Shown: piece by piece, positions 16,552-30,924 of the stretch | Position numbering within the stretch: the stretch's first letter is position 1 | Layout of the letters: the number at the start of each line of letters is the position of its first letter | DNA from: the human T2T-CHM13v2.0 reference genome, Homo sapiens | Assembly: GCF_009914755.1 (NCBI RefSeq) | Contig: NC_060929.1 | DNA: 64,000 nt | Strand: one strand, 5' to 3' | Position numbers and translations under genes: made by a program | Notes under the pieces: model-generated | The model's database searches: none | What the model was told of the DNA's origin: nothing | What the model saw: the letters and a program-made list of their open reading frames with translations, nothing else

Positions 16552-17924
16552 TTAATGTGTATCAAGTTTGCTACTTTTTTCTTCTTCTCTCCGTCTGAAT
16601 CCAATCAGGAAAGAGGAAACACATAGTAATTTAAACAGGAAATGTTTAATATAAAGAATTAGGCACTAAATGATGAGATTGGTGTACCTACATTGAGTAG
16701 TCAAGAGAGAATTCTAAAGAATACAGGAATAGCAGATATAAAGAGCAGCCACTATCCCCAGGTCTCTTAGGTGAGATGGAGCATCCAAGGAAAAGCCCCC
16801 ACACTGGGCTGAGAGCCAGACTTTGTTGGAGAGAACTTGGCTGTGGCTCACGGAAAGGCACAGAAGTCACTATGGTGGCATGTCCTCTGGAATTTGTGGA
16901 AATTTATCCTCCAGGGTGCTGGGGAAAATTGTTGGGGCTCACCAGAGGCGTTGGGCTACAAAGCTGCTCAAGACCGGGGGCTGGTGTTGAGAAGGGGAGT
17001 GCTGCTGGCCTCTGGGGGCTACTGCCTCGTCCCACACCCCACACACTAAACTCTTGCAGGAGCCTGCTGAGAGAAGCACAGGGAATCAGAAAGCAAAACC
17101 CCTTTTTCCCTCTTGCAATGTCTTTCTAGAACCCCTCCACTGACAAAGCTTAACATTGTGCCAGCTGGCAAAGGAAAATCCTTTGAAGATCCCAGAATTG
17201 TTTTCACAGTACAGGGAAATTAACAGAGTGAATTTGAAGCTGAGATGACACAAACCCATAACCAATACCCCTAGATATTGATTTGGCTTTATTTTATGGT
17301 GGTATTAAGTTAATTGTATCTTCTGACACTAATATCCACTTTTGAAAATTCAGAGTAATCCAGCACTGAAGTAGTGAATGTCCGTGCTTACCCAAAGGCC
17401 TCTTCCGGGAATCTGGAGTTGAATTTTTGTATTTTCTGTTGTTCCCATAAGGAATATTGAGATTTTTTTTCTTTTCCAATAGCTGCTTATGTACTCAGAC
17501 GATACTGATAGGTTCTGCTAGATTTTTCAATCACTCTTTTATTTCCTTCCCAAGAAAATCTTGCTCCTGTTGTTTCCTCTCTTAGGCTTCCTATTCTTAT
17601 GATTTTTTACAAAGTCCATGTACTATCATTTCAGTCAGTTTTCACAAGGGAGTAAATGTCAATGTATATTCAATTCATATTTTTACTTGGAAGTCTCTGT
17701 CCTGGTTTTAGGTGGCTCGTCTGCTAAAGGAGGTAGCCCACCTGCTCTTATCCTGAGAAACTGTTATCAGTCCATGCTGCCCCCAACTTCATAGAGCACA
17801 TGTCACATTCTTAGGAGTCCCATGGAAGCCCCATTCCATTTGAGGGAAGGAAATCAAAGCATACCTCTCTCCAAAGAAAACTTCCTCACCTAACTTGTCT
17901 CTTGAGCACTCCTCTTTCAACTCA

Positions 17925-18318
17925 CTCAGGGTTCAACCAGAGAAACCGAACCAACAGGAGATATATAGTCAAAGATTTACTGCAAGTAATTGACTTACAC
18001 AGTTGTGGGGACTGGCTAGGCAGATCCTGAAAGCAAGCCATCAGGAACAGCAGGCTGGAGCTTCAGGCAACAGCTGCAGCTGCACTCCACATGTGGAATT
18101 GCTTTTTCTTCAGGGAAGTCTCAGCTTTGCTTTTCAAATCTTTTCAACTGGTTGAATCCAGCCCATCCAGATTATCTAGATAATGTCCCTAATGGCAACT
18201 GCTATGAACTTTATGTCTACCAAATTCCTTCTCAGCAACACCTAGATTAGTGTTTGATTGAATAACTGGGAATTGTAGAGTAGCCTAGCCAAGTCGACCC
18301 ATAAAACTGACCATCACA
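17925..18318 (-). mobile_element. MLT2-like (ERVL) LTR
   Basis: cagggttcaaccagagaaaccgaaccaacaggagatata...ctagccaagtcgacccataaaactgaccatcaca. Confidence 0.7.
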
Positions 18319-18397
18319 CCCTTATTATGAGTTGAGTGTTTTTAGAATTGTGAATCCAAACCAATGCTTGAGCATTTCCTTTGAAAATTTGCATCTC

Positions 18398-20458
18398 CAG
18401 CATTTCTTACAACAAATAATATTTTTCCAAAAAGTGACCCAGAAGTTGGAAGAAGCTCTTCACAAATATGATAGTGTTTAATGACTGGACATTGGATTGT
18501 GAACTTTTTTCAGTTCAAGGATAATTTCTACAGCAGAATAAAAACTGCTATCAAAGAGCTATTGCCAACTATCAATGGTGATACAAGGATGTTTTTTGTT
18601 CAACTGAAACCCAGCTGAATTTATAATTATGTAGGAAATAAACAGTTAATATGGTTATATAATAGAAACAGTACCACACATTGTAACTAAATTATACTAT
18701 GTATGCCTACACTACCACTGTAACGTTTGGAATAATGATTATACTATTTGCCTTATTGCTTTTTGAAGTATGGGTATTTCAGTGCATACTTTGTAGACCT
18801 CAAAACCCATGAAGGGTCTCAAAGAAGCTGGCTGGATAAAAGCCTGCTGCGAATGCCTTTTTACTCTCATAGATTGGGATTACCTGAATTCAACCTACTC
18901 TCTGTTTACAAACTCCAACTAGAGCAGCTATGCGATCTTATGCCTTTAGACTCTTGGTTTTTCATTTCTCCCTGTCCCTCCCCGACCTTTTTAAAGTAAG
19001 CCACAGCTTTTCTGATTGAAAGAGTGAAAGGCCAGTGCATATAATGACAAACTGATGATAACCTCATATTGACAGTAGGGGGTGGGGTGGGGTGGGGTGG
19101 GGGTGGGGTGGGAGGATCAACTCTTATCAATTTGCACAGCAAGTATTATCTCCTGATAAGATGCTGGTAAATGCAGGGGAGTGAGACTCATTGCTCATCT
19201 TTGGATATGAAGTCTATTAGGGAAGAAATGGTGTCACTATTCCGTTAGATGCTACAGTAGCATAGCCTCTTCACCCAGGCATCCCAAAAGCTTGGCGAGA
19301 AGATTTCAGCAAACATGTCTTACAACATGAGGAGGAAGAGTCTAAATCAGTCAGGGGATAAAAGTACCGAATCATTGACAACACACACTCGGCTTTTAGT
19401 TCTTAGGAGGGTTTTGTTTTTGTTTTTAGCTTGAAGATTTTCTTTTAAAATTCAGTTTTTTTAAAAAAATGGATCTACACTGTTTAACTGATGGAGACTC
19501 CACTGTGATTCACTCGTTTACTTAAAAACATTTCAGGGATGTCTGTAAATTTCAGTGTTATATGTCATGAAAAGTGGTGTGGATTGATCTAAGGAGGGAC
19601 CAGAAATAACTTTTGCTCTTCCAAATACTGAAGGAAAAAAGATAATTGATTTATACTGTGTTTTAAAAAAAAAGTATTGATAAGCCCCCCAGGACATTTA
19701 ACCTTAAAATTTATTTTAAATATATTCTTTTATTATTATAAGGGAAATACAGATGGCTGATAAAATACCAAAAAGATGCAAAAGCAGCTTAATTTTAAAA
19801 GCACAAAGAGATTCTGGCTTTCAGTGCCACAATCTCAATGTTTTTATAGTTGCTGAATCACTAATGTGATTATTGAGTTTACAGATTTAAAAACTGTCAC
19901 TGTTAAAGCATCTACTCTTTTTATGAAGTCAAATTTATGCTGCCTCAGCAATCCCTGGGTACTGACATGGTAACACGGAAGCAAAGAGGTCACTTTGAAA
20001 TATTGGTGAGTCACGAAGATTAAAGAAAAGGATCAGTTTGCAGATACTCATAAAAAGAAAGGGTTATTGAAAGAATTACTGAACAGCACATTTACTCTCT
20101 AAAAAGTAGTTTCATATGGGTTGAATTTTTAAGATCAGATTATTATAATTTTGATATTTGGTCAAAATTTTGTACCTTAGGTTATTTAGAGCCAGATTTA
20201 ACATCATGAATATTATGTGGCTTTGTCTTTACTACAGATATGTGGGACTGTAACCAGATATATTGTTCTCTAAAACTTGTTGATTGCAAAATATGGTTCT
20301 ATACACAAAACCCATATGTATATATAAATGTTAATTTTGCAGAAGTTTGGAAATTATAACCATAGCATTTAAGTTTGAAGCTGTATTGGACAAATAAACA
20401 CCATGTTTTTCAAATGATTTAAAGATTACTTTTATTTGCCTCTTAAAAAAAAAAGAAA
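18398..20458 (+). pseudogene. 5'-truncated processed retrocopy of SNX18 (last ~27 codons plus ~2 kb of 3' UTR)
   Basis: Begins QHFLQQIIFFQKVTQKLEEALHKYDSV* (stop 18479-18481), which I recognise as the SNX18 C-terminus; AU-rich UTR; A-tail 20445-20458; TSD gaaaat[t/c]tgcatctc at 18383-18397 and 20459-20473. Confidence 0.85.
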
Positions 20459-20599
20459 GAAAATCTGCATCTCATCCTGACACTCACTTTGGAACTTTAT
20501 ACTTACCACACTAGGTTAATTTCCATATGTAGCATCTTGATGATCAGGATAAGAGAGTATTCCAGACTAATGGGCCTCCTGTTTGTAGAGTTTCCTGAA

Positions 20600-21480
20600 G
20601 TTCCTAGCTCACCTTCCTCTTGCTCCATAACTCACTGCTCAGGACATTTCCTGGCCTTCTTTGTTCTTTTAAGAACAAAGTTCTGCAGTTATGGCCTAAC
20701 CCCTATGCATGTCTCATACCTCTTGGCTCACATTTAACCATTCTTTTGGCTATGCTTATGTTGTACTGCTTCAGCCTCACATTCTCATAGACCGCTTTGG
20801 ATTTCCCAGTGTGTTCCCACCTCATTCAAGTGACATGCCTTCCTCCAATCTAGCTTATGTGCTCCCTCTACATTGTGGGTATAGGGTGGCTCTACCTTCT
20901 CACCATTCTGAACTGGAGAACAGCAAGCCAGTTAAAGTCCCACATCTTCTCTGCTAGTGGCACAAACCAGGCATTCCTCATTTCTTAGGGAATTAAATAC
21001 CAAAGCTACAGCCATCCAAAGTCCTTTGTCCATAGTATCCTGGCCTATTCTTGCAGAATTTTCTTACCAAACCAAATTATTTGCTCTTCCTCAACTTCAA
21101 TCTATATATTCCCACATTTCTGACTTGACTTTTGCTCTTCTGTCTAGAATGCCTTGCCACCCCATCTCTACCCACCAAAGTCTCACCCATCCTTCAAAAC
21201 CCACTGCAAATGATACCCTGCCCATGAATCCTTTCTTGATATCTTTGACTGGATGTCATGTCACCTTTCTCACCACCTTATACCTCTTATGGCACATATA
21301 CTACTCTTGCTTACATTATAGTTATTCCACATATTGGTGTTATTTCTCTCTCATCCCTACATTGGAAGCTCCTTGGGGACAGGTACTATTCTTGCTCATG
21401 TTTCTATTGTCTTCAGCATCTAGCACAATGCCTTGCCCAAAGTAGATGCTTAAATATTTTCTGAAATAAATGTAGTTGAT
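20600..21480 (+). mobile_element. L2 remnant (boundaries approximate)
   Basis: tttgctcttctgtctagaatgcc...gaagctccttggggacagg...catctagcacaatgccttgcccaaagtagatgcttaaatattt. Confidence 0.55.
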
Positions 21481-21891
21481 CTGGGTAATTATTTCCCTAA
21501 AAATTATGTGTGATAAACTGCACATATAATCTCTAAAGCAGGAAACATGGCTTTGAGCCTGCCCTTTTCAACCTTACATTTTCCAGCTCTTGTCCTCTTC
21601 ATCTTTAAAATGAGAGATTTTCCAATTACTTGCCACATTCTTAAGTTCTATGATTTTTCAATATCTAAAATAAGAATACTCCTTGTTTTCACAGTTCCAA
21701 AGTAATTTTACTCTGAGGAGAGACATGGTATTTTATCCAACTGTTTGAATTGCTGAGGTGATAGTAAGTAGGTGGGACTGGTACGACTGCCCTACCTGTC
21801 CTGCCCTGTCTTGCTTTGCCTGGGGCAGCTTGCCTACAAGAATGATTACAGGTGACATGTGAACAAATGAAGGGAAAGAAAAGAATTAAAG

Positions 21892-22221
21892 GGACCGAGC
21901 ATGGTGGCTTATGCTTGTAATACCAGCACTTTGGGAGGCCAAGGCAAGTTGATTGCCTAAGTCCAGCAGTCCGAGACCAGCCTGGGCAACATGGTGGAAC
22001 CCTGTCTCTACTAAAATACAAAAATTTAAAAATGTATAAAAATTGAAAATAAAAATACAAAAATCAGCCAGGCATTGTGGCATATGCTATGGTCCTCACT
22101 ACTCGGGAGGCTGAGGTGGAAGGATCACCTGAGCCCAGGAGCCAGAGGTTGCAGTGAGCCATGATTATGCCATTGCACTCCAGCCTGGCTGACAGAGCCA
22201 GACCCTGTCTCAAAAAAAAAA
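21892..22221 (+). mobile_element. AluJ
   Basis: Diverged dimer with expanded A-rich linker and A-tail. Confidence 0.88.
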
Positions 22222-22367
22222 AGAATTGAAGGTACTGTCTTGAAAAGAATTGGTGAACTGGCATTTCTAGGCCTTGAAGAAAGAGAGGGAGAATGTATCA
22301 ATGAGTGAAATCAAAACAAAAAAGACTTCTAAGGGGATGTGAGAATTGGATTAAAGTATTCTTTGAT

Positions 22368-23000
22368 TTTTTAAAAATACACTTTTAATTTTAGAGTAGT
22401 TCTAGGTTTACAGCAAAATTATGAATGTTATACGGGGTTCCCATACACTCCACACCCCGTTTCCCCAGTTGTTAATATCTTACATATGGTACATTTGTCA
22501 TAACTAATGAACAAATACTGACACATTATCATTAACTAAATTCTATGCTTTTATTCAGATTTCCTCTGTTTTTACCCAGTCTTTTCTTTCTGTTCAGGAC
22601 CCCATCCAGGATACCACATAACACCACATTATTATATCATCTTAGGCTGTGGCGATTTCTCAGGCTTTCCTTGTATTTGACGACCTTGGCAGTTTTGAGA
22701 AATGCTAGTCAACTATTTTGTAGAACGTTCCCCAACTGGGGTTTGTCCAATGTTTTTCTCATGGCAAGACTGGGGTTATAGATTTTCTGGAGGAAGACCA
22801 CCGAGGTTAAAGTGCTATTCTCATTAAATCATACCAAGGGTACATACTATCAACATGACTTATTGCGGTTGATGTTAACCTTGATCATCTGACTAAGGCA
22901 ATGTTTACCAGGGTTTTCCACTATAAAGTTACTCTTTTCCCACTTTCTATACTGTGCTCTTTAAAAGGGAATCACTATGCTCAGCCCACACTTTAAGGGC
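22368..23000 (-). mobile_element. Old L1M 3' UTR fragment
   Basis: ttttagagtagttctaggtttacagcaaaatt...ggtacatttgtcataactaatgaac...gttaaagtgctattctcat. Confidence 0.65.
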
Positions 23001-23016
23001 AGTATACCTCTGACAT

Positions 23017-23580
<564 letters not shown>

Positions 23581-23759
23581 GACTTTATTTTGTAATATCC
23601 CCCAGATTTATCTTGTTTTTCTCACAACCTCATTGTCACTCTGGCCTATCACCTCTCCTCCTCTCTTCCATTCCCTGATGTAGCAGGATTTCCCCTGTGA
23701 CAGATGAATTCCTATGAAAAAAGCATACATTTCTCTCTACCTCCCTTCTATAGAAATAT

Positions 23760-24225
23760 GGCATTAGTCAGCTACTACTGTAAAACAAACCACCCCAAAG
23801 CTCAATGATTTAAAACAGCAACATTTATTTGCTCACCTCTGCAGGTTAGCTAGGGGTCAGCTGATCCAGAGTGGGTTCAACTGAATGGCTCTGTTCAAAA
23901 TATGGGTCTGGCCAGTTTAGATCTGTGCTGGGGTGTTTTCATTCTAGGACCCAGAATGGAAGGAGTTGCTACCCAGAGTGGAGGATTCTTATGGCAGTGG
24001 CAGAGTGCAAGAGGGCAAGCACCACTGCACAAATACTCTCCAAGCCCTCCTTTGCATCACATCTGCTAACATGCCAAAGTTAGTCATGTGGTCAAGTCCA
24101 AAGTCAAGGCGAGAAGAAATACACTCTGTTTTTGTGGGAGGAACTGCAAAGTCACTTGGCAAAGGGTGTGCATACAGGGAAGGACAAAAAATTGGGGCCA
24201 ATGATTCAGTATACAGCAGACCATC
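23760..24225. mobile_element. MLT1 (MaLR) LTR remnant
   Basis: attagtcagctactactgtaaaacaaaccacccc...agtcatgtggtcaagtccaaagtcaagg...gaactgcaaagtcac. Confidence 0.65.
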
Positions 24226-25024
24226 GTAATAGATTCCAATTTCAGTGCAGGGAAGAACCAGTTCTTTGACACCATTCAGGATAGTGAAGCCAGTCAGAAA
24301 AGATTAAGAGTTGTTGTCATTGATCTTCTGCCATGGCATTGGGGAAGTAGGCTTGGTGGAAGGTGAAGCAGAATGGGAAAACAACAAAAGCAAAAACATG
24401 ATCAAGCTCCCAAATTCTTCTCCTTATTTCCAAAAGTTGTGGTTATACTTTATTTTTTACTCTGTGTTCTTTCTCTTACTCTCTCCCACCCAGGTCTCTG
24501 ATGTTCCTGAAAGAAAGGGGGGGAAAAAAAAGGGAAGGGGAGTGTAGGCTACAACATTTTCTCAAACTACTCCCAAATCCAATCTAAATCAATGAAACAG
24601 AAGCCAATTTCATGCTGTGAAAAAAATAACTGATGTGACTGCAAGACAGGGGCATGTTATTTTAATGCTCAATTAAGATATCTTGTAATTCCACCAAACT
24701 AACTGTCAAAAATTTCCTTTCTTCAGTGTGACACTCCCACCTCCACCCAGGGCCCAAGGGTATTGTCCCAGCTGTGCTCAGGGACAGGCCTTGTTTCTGC
24801 TGCCCTGTCACTACCTCAGCTATTAATGACCCACATTAACTTGCTGCTTTTAGAGGCACAGATGTCTTCTGTTCTATTAGTGACAGCCCCTAATGTCACC
24901 ACTCACGCCTTGTGAAGATACAGCTCTCCTCTTAGCAATTCGTTCTGAAGCACAATACAGGCCCTTCCCCAACTTCCACAGCGTGGCTGAGGCAAAGCTG
25001 TAATATTTAATAAGTGCTCAAGTG

Positions 25025-25462
25025 TGTCAAAAGACAAATTACAAAAAATTTAGTTGAAATATCTTAATTGGCTTTTGTTTGGAATTCTAGAATCAGGCAA
25101 CACCTCATTGTACAAAGTAGAATGAGTGTTGCCATGAGCTGAACAGAGGAAATTGGCTTTATAGACAGAAAAGGTCATAAAAAAGCAAAAACAGAGAACA
25201 AAAAGCAGATTGGTCATTTCAAAATTGCTTTCCTTATAAAGGTTAAAGCAGAGGGGACTTGCTTATGTCAGCCAAAACTGGCCTGTTTGAAGATTTGGCT
25301 ATCTTTCTCTCTTCTCGTTTGTTGGAAGGTCAGATAAACAACTTAGTTTCCGTTTGGTGGAGTGGAACTTCAGCAAAAGTAACTTCATTTTGGTTTGATC
25401 TGTTGGACCTAGTGCAGAAGACCAGTCCAAACCATTGGTCTTCAATAAATTTTATCCAGCAA
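25025..25462. mobile_element. ERV1-type solo LTR (family uncertain)
   Basis: tgtcaaaagacaaattac...taaattttatccagca; TG...CA ends, resembles MER4-group LTRs. Confidence 0.5.
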
Positions 25463-25675
25463 CTGCTGGGAATTAGGTCTTCACCAAAACGGAGGTAATA
25501 GTTACTGAGCAACTCTTATGTCAAGCACTGTGCTTTATATTAAATCCTCACAATCTTTTAAGCAAATTTAAAAAATATATATTTACAGATAAACAAACCA
25601 ATGTTAATTACAAGGATTTTAATCAAGGTCTGTCTGACCAAAATAGTCCCATACTTTTTCTACTAAAATCATTTT

Positions 25676-26983
25676 TGCAAAGATTATGACAGCAAGAGAG
25701 GTCTAGCATGACTGACTCTGTCTTGCTTCTAGCTTCACAGGCTGACTGTCCTCACTCACTCCTGGGCAAAAGCCAAGCTAACTATGAGAGGAATTTAGTT
25801 TACAGTTTAGTTATAAAGCCAGAATAATAATAATCCCTTCCTAAAACTGATCCCCTCCTTGTTCAGGGACTGAAACCATGTTTGTAAGACTAATGAAAGG
25901 CCACAAGATTAGGATTATGAAAGGGGCCTGAATTCTAATAAAATGTAGGTATAGCTAAATGATAAGCTCCTGAGACAAGCTCGGTTGTGGAGACCCTAAC
26001 CCAGCGGTGCTAGAAGAATTAAGAGAAAGACACAGAAATATAGTACAGAGTCAGAATCAGGGGACTCATAGCCTTCAGAGCTGAGAACCCTGAACAGAGA
26101 TTTACCCACATATTTATTAACAGCAAGCCAGGGATAAGTATTGTTTCTATAGATTATAGATTAAATAAAAGTACTCTTTATGGGAAACAAAGAGATGGGT
26201 CGAAATGAAAGGATGGGCTCTGGCTAGTTATCTGTAGCAGGAACATATCCTTAAGGCACAGATCTCTCGTGCTATTGTTTGTGGCTTAGTAACACCTTTA
26301 AGTGGTTTTCTGCCCTGGGTCGGGCAGGTGTTCCTTGCCCTCATTCTGGTAAACCCACAACCTTCAGTGTGGGTGTCATAGCCATCATGAACATGTCACA
26401 GTGCTGCAGAGATTTTGTTTATGGCCAGTTTTGGGGCCAGTTTATGGCCAGATTTGGGGGCCTGTTCCCAACAATAAGCAGCCATTGTTCCCCTAGATTG
26501 TTTTTCTATAATACTTTACTGCTCAGGAGTCATGTGGCCAGAGATCACAAGATTTGTAACTTCCTCAATTGCTCCTATACATAACATCAGTATTGTAAGA
26601 CCTAAGACTGGTCTTTTGAGATTTTTTTCAGACTTTTGCATTCTGGCAACTGAATGACACCCCCCAGGCCTGTGACTCATGACTCAAAATCAGTCCCATG
26701 GCCCCCACCTAGAGGCAGATTCAATGCATGAGGACCATTTTCCACATCTCTATGATTTCATCCCCAACTAATCAGCAGCACCCATTCCCTAGTCCCCTGC
26801 CCACCAAATTATCCATAAAAACTCAGGATTCAGGGTTCTCAGGGAGGCTGATTTGAGTAATAATGAACTCCTGTCCTCCCACCTGGCTGGCCTTGTGTAA
26901 ACTAAACTCTTTACTGCAATAATGCTGTCTCAGTGAACTGGTTTATCCATGCAGCAGATAGGAAGAACCCTTTGGGCAATTAC
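25676..26983 (+). mobile_element. ERV1 solo LTR (LTR8/LTR26-like) interrupted by MER9
   Basis: tgcaaagattatgacag...aagctaactatgagaggaatttagtttacag...gggcaattaca; sequence resumes after the MER9 TSD. Confidence 0.7.
25968..26473 (-). mobile_element. MER9 (HERV-K9/HML-3) solo LTR
   Basis: gagaccctaacccagcgg...tttatggccagatttgggggcctgttcccaaca; 6-bp TSD ataagc at 25962-25967 and 26474-26479. Confidence 0.85.
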
Positions 26984-27124
26984 ACTACCGGGTAATCCTG
27001 CACAAATGAAAACTCAAATGTCAACATTGGCTTTAAGAAATAATATTCTCCCTTGGTCCCCAGACCCACGTAAAAAAAATGAAATAATATTAATATTCAT
27101 TTTTATCACATGATTTTTTGGGGA

Positions 27125-29265
27125 CTTTTTTTTAATTTTAGGTTCAAGTGCAGGTTTGTTATATAAGTAAACTCATTTGTTGTACAGATTATTTTGTCAG
27201 CCAGGTACTAAGCCTCGTACCCAATAGTTATTTTATCTGCTCCTTTCCTTCTACCCACCCTCCACCCTCAGGTAGGCCCCATGTCTGTTGTTTCCCTCTT
27301 TGTGTCTATGTGTTTACAGCATTTAGCTCCCACTTATACGTGAGAACATGTGGTATTTGGTTTTCTGTTCCTGCATTAGGTTGCTAAGGATAATGGCCTC
27401 CAGCTTCATCCATGTCCATGCAAAGGACATGATCTCCTTTTTTTATGGCTGCATAGTATTTCATGGTGTATATGTACTAAATGCAAAATGATTTGCATTT
27501 TTCTAATGATTAGTGATATTAAGCTTTTTTTCATATGCCTATTGGCCACATGTATGTCTTCTTTTGAAAAGTGTCTGTTCACATCCTTTGCCCACTTTCT
27601 AATGGTTTTTTTCTTGTAAATTTGTTTGTTTCTTATAGATTCTGGATATGAGACCTTTTTTTCTTCAACTTTGAAGTTCAGGGGTACATGTGCAGGATGT
27701 GCAGGTTTGTTACATAAGTAAACACATGCCATGGTGGTTTGATGCACAGATCATCCCATCACCTAGGTATTAAGCCCAGCATCCATTAGCTATTTTTCCT
27801 CATGCTCTCCCTCCCCTGGCACCTCCTGACAGGACCCAGTGTGTGTTGTTCCTCCCCATGTGTTCTCATCATTCAGCTCCCACTTACAAGTAAGAACATG
27901 CAGTGTTTGGTTTTCTAGTCCTGTGTTAGTTTGCTGAGAATAATAGCCTCCAACTCCATCCATGTCCCTGCAAAGGATATGATCTCATTCCTTTTTATGG
28001 CTGCATAATATTTCATGGTGTATATGTACCACATTTTCTTTATCCAGTCTATCACTGATGGGCATTTAGGTTGATGCCATGTCTTTGCTATTGTGAACAG
28101 GGCTACAATGAACATGCACATGTATGTATCTTTATAATAGAATGACTTATATTCCTTTGATAGCCATTCTTTCTGGAGTGAGATGGTCTTTCATTGTGGT
28201 TTTGATTTGCATTTCAATATGAGACCTTTGTTGGATGCATAGTTTGCAAATATTTTCTCCCATTCTGTAGGTTGTCTATTTACTCTGTTGATAGTTTCTT
28301 TTCCTGTGCAGAAGCTCTTTAGTTTAATTAGACCCTATTTATCAATTTTTGCTTTTGTTGCAAGTGCTTTTGGCATCTTCATCATCAAATCTTTGCCAGG
28401 TTTTATGTCCAGAATGGCACTGCCTAGGTTGTCTTCCATGGTTTTTATAGTTTTGGGTTTTACATTTAAGTCTTAATCCATCTTGAGTTGATTTTTATAT
28501 ATGGTGTAAAGAAGGGGTCTAGTTTCAATGTTCTGTATATGGCTAGCCAGTTATCCCAGCACTATTTATTGAATAGGGAGTCCCTTCCTCATTGCTTATT
28601 TTTGTCAGCTTTGTTGAAGCTGATCAGATAGTTGTAGGTGTGTGGCCTTATTTCTGGGCTCTCTATTCTGTTCCATTGATCTATGTGTCTTTTTTTTTTT
28701 TGTACCAGTACTATGCTGTTTCAGTTATTGTAGCCGTGTAGTATAGTTCAAAGTCCAGTAAAGTGATGCCTCCAGCTTTGTTTTTTTGCTTAGGATTGCC
28801 TTGGCTATTCAGGCTCTTTTTCGGTTCCATATGAATTTTAAAATAGTTTTTTTTAGTTCTGTGAAGAATGTCATTGGTAGTTTGATAGAAATAGCATTGA
28901 ATCTGTAAATTGCTTTGGGCAGTATGACCATTTTAATGATATTTGTTCTTTCTAACCATAAATTTGGAATGTTTTCCGCTTGTTTGTGTCATCTCTGATT
29001 TCTTTGAGCTGTGTTTTGTAATACTCATTGTAGAGATCTTTCACCTCCCTTGTATTCCCAGGTATTTTATTATTTTTGTGGCAGTTATGAATGGGATTAC
29101 ATTCCTGATTTGCCTCACAGCTTGGCTGTTTTTGGTGTATAGGAATGCTAGTGATTTTTGTATGTTGGTTTTGTGTCCTGAAACTGCTGAAGTTGTTTAT
29201 CAGCATAAGAAGCTTTTGGGCCAAGACTATGGGGTTTTCTAGATATAGAATCATGTCATCTGCAA
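27125..29265 (-). mobile_element. Older 5'-truncated L1 (L1PA13-16/L1PB-like) with internal deletions, containing a nested L1 3' end at ~27659-28216
   Basis: Minus-strand ORF2 peptides ([28 protein letters not shown]); two separate L1 3' UTRs; TSD atatgagaccttt at 27646-27658 and 28217-28229. Confidence 0.88.
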
Positions 29266-30924
29266 AACTTTTCTACCTCATTTACAATTTAATTATATTT
29301 ATACAAATATTATTTACCCCATAGTTTTCAGGTATATATAGTTTATAAAACATGGATTCACTTATAGTTACTAAGTTGTGTGTGTGTTTTAAGTAATAAT
29401 TGCTAACTCCATGAAAATGCATGCAAGATTGTTAAAACTAATATTTTACTTGAATTATTTACATAGCAGTCATTGTGAATATGTTTGCTCTGGAAATAAA
29501 TAATATCTGCTGTGTCTTCGTTACCTCTGATTTCTTATACAGCAATATGGAGAAATTGGCCTGATTTTAACATTCGATTTGGAGAACTAGAAATGCTGAG
29601 TTTCTCCTTTTACACCTGAAAAGTAACTTGAGCCCATTTTGGAGTGAGGAGCTATTTCTGATGTAAAAGATTGATATATATACATACCAAGTGGTTCATC
29701 CAACTAAAATAAGATTTGTTCAGGCATGTCCTTTCAGGGAATCAGAACCTTGCAGTTGTCACCCGTGATCTACATGATTCAGATACCTGAAATAATATCT
29801 TATGCAACCAGTATGATTTGTTCTACTTACTTGGGGTGCACATACACTAACATTTATTTTTCCAGTCAATTCATTGCAAATCAGTTTACCTTTATTTACA
29901 AGAACTAGAGTATTTCCTTTTCAAGGTCTCTTTATGTCCTCCACCTGATAGTCCAAGAATTCAGTCCAAAGCAGGGCACTTTTGTTTTCCAGATATGAGG
30001 TAGAGAGATTTGAGTCTACCAGCATGGTTGCTATGGTTGCTGTGGTTGCTACCACAGTGTTATGTTACTGAATTCTAGATCCTGAATTCTTTAGCATCTT
30101 TTATGATGAACTATTCACTGAGCACCTTCCACATACAAGATAGTGGGCTAGGCACCAGGAATACAACAGGAAACACACTAGACATGGCTCTGCCCTCACG
30201 GGGCTTTTCTAATACCACAGTTCAGTAGATGATGATATCCTTACTGGACCAGACACACAACCAACTTCATTTACTCCAGAATTGGGCTCCACAGTTGCAG
30301 CTGTCCTGGGAAGCACATAGGCTCAGATTCCATACCCTGAGTGGTAAGGTCTTGAGCATTTTGGCTCTTAATCACTCACTGAAGTAGAAAGAATCCACCT
30401 CCTTGCCCAAGCACTGAGTCCCTGGTGTCAAGCCCGAGTGACCAACTGAGAATGCACTTGCCCTTCAGGTGAGTTTCCCTTTGTGGCAATTGGTGCCTTG
30501 CCTGCCAGCTGACTTCAGGGCTTTACCCTGACAGGTTTCCCTATCTCCAATTTCAGTAGCTCAGATTAGAGTGTTGGTACCTCTTTCCCAAAAAGCTCTT
30601 GCTCTCTGATGTTACCTACATACCTCTTTTCCAGAATTTTCATAGATTAGTGGAAGAAACTGCTGCTAACCCATAAAGGGGGAGAGGAGAGGATCATCTT
30701 ATGGCAACCTTTGGGTTTACACAACGAAATAGAAGCCACTGAGGAAAGCCTTCACAGAGCAATTGAGACTAGTGAATCATCATCCCCAATTGACTCCCTG
30801 CATCTGCCTAGAGAAAAAGAAAAAGTGGCTAAGATAATTGAAACAATAACCTGCCATCAGATTTGGGAGAGGGACAGGGATAAAACTCACTGCTCAACTT
30901 CAGCAAAATCTTATTTATATATCT

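Noticed and set aside
20957-21445. 162-aa ORF
   Set aside because: GTG start, lies in an L2 remnant, no recognisable domain or splice context.
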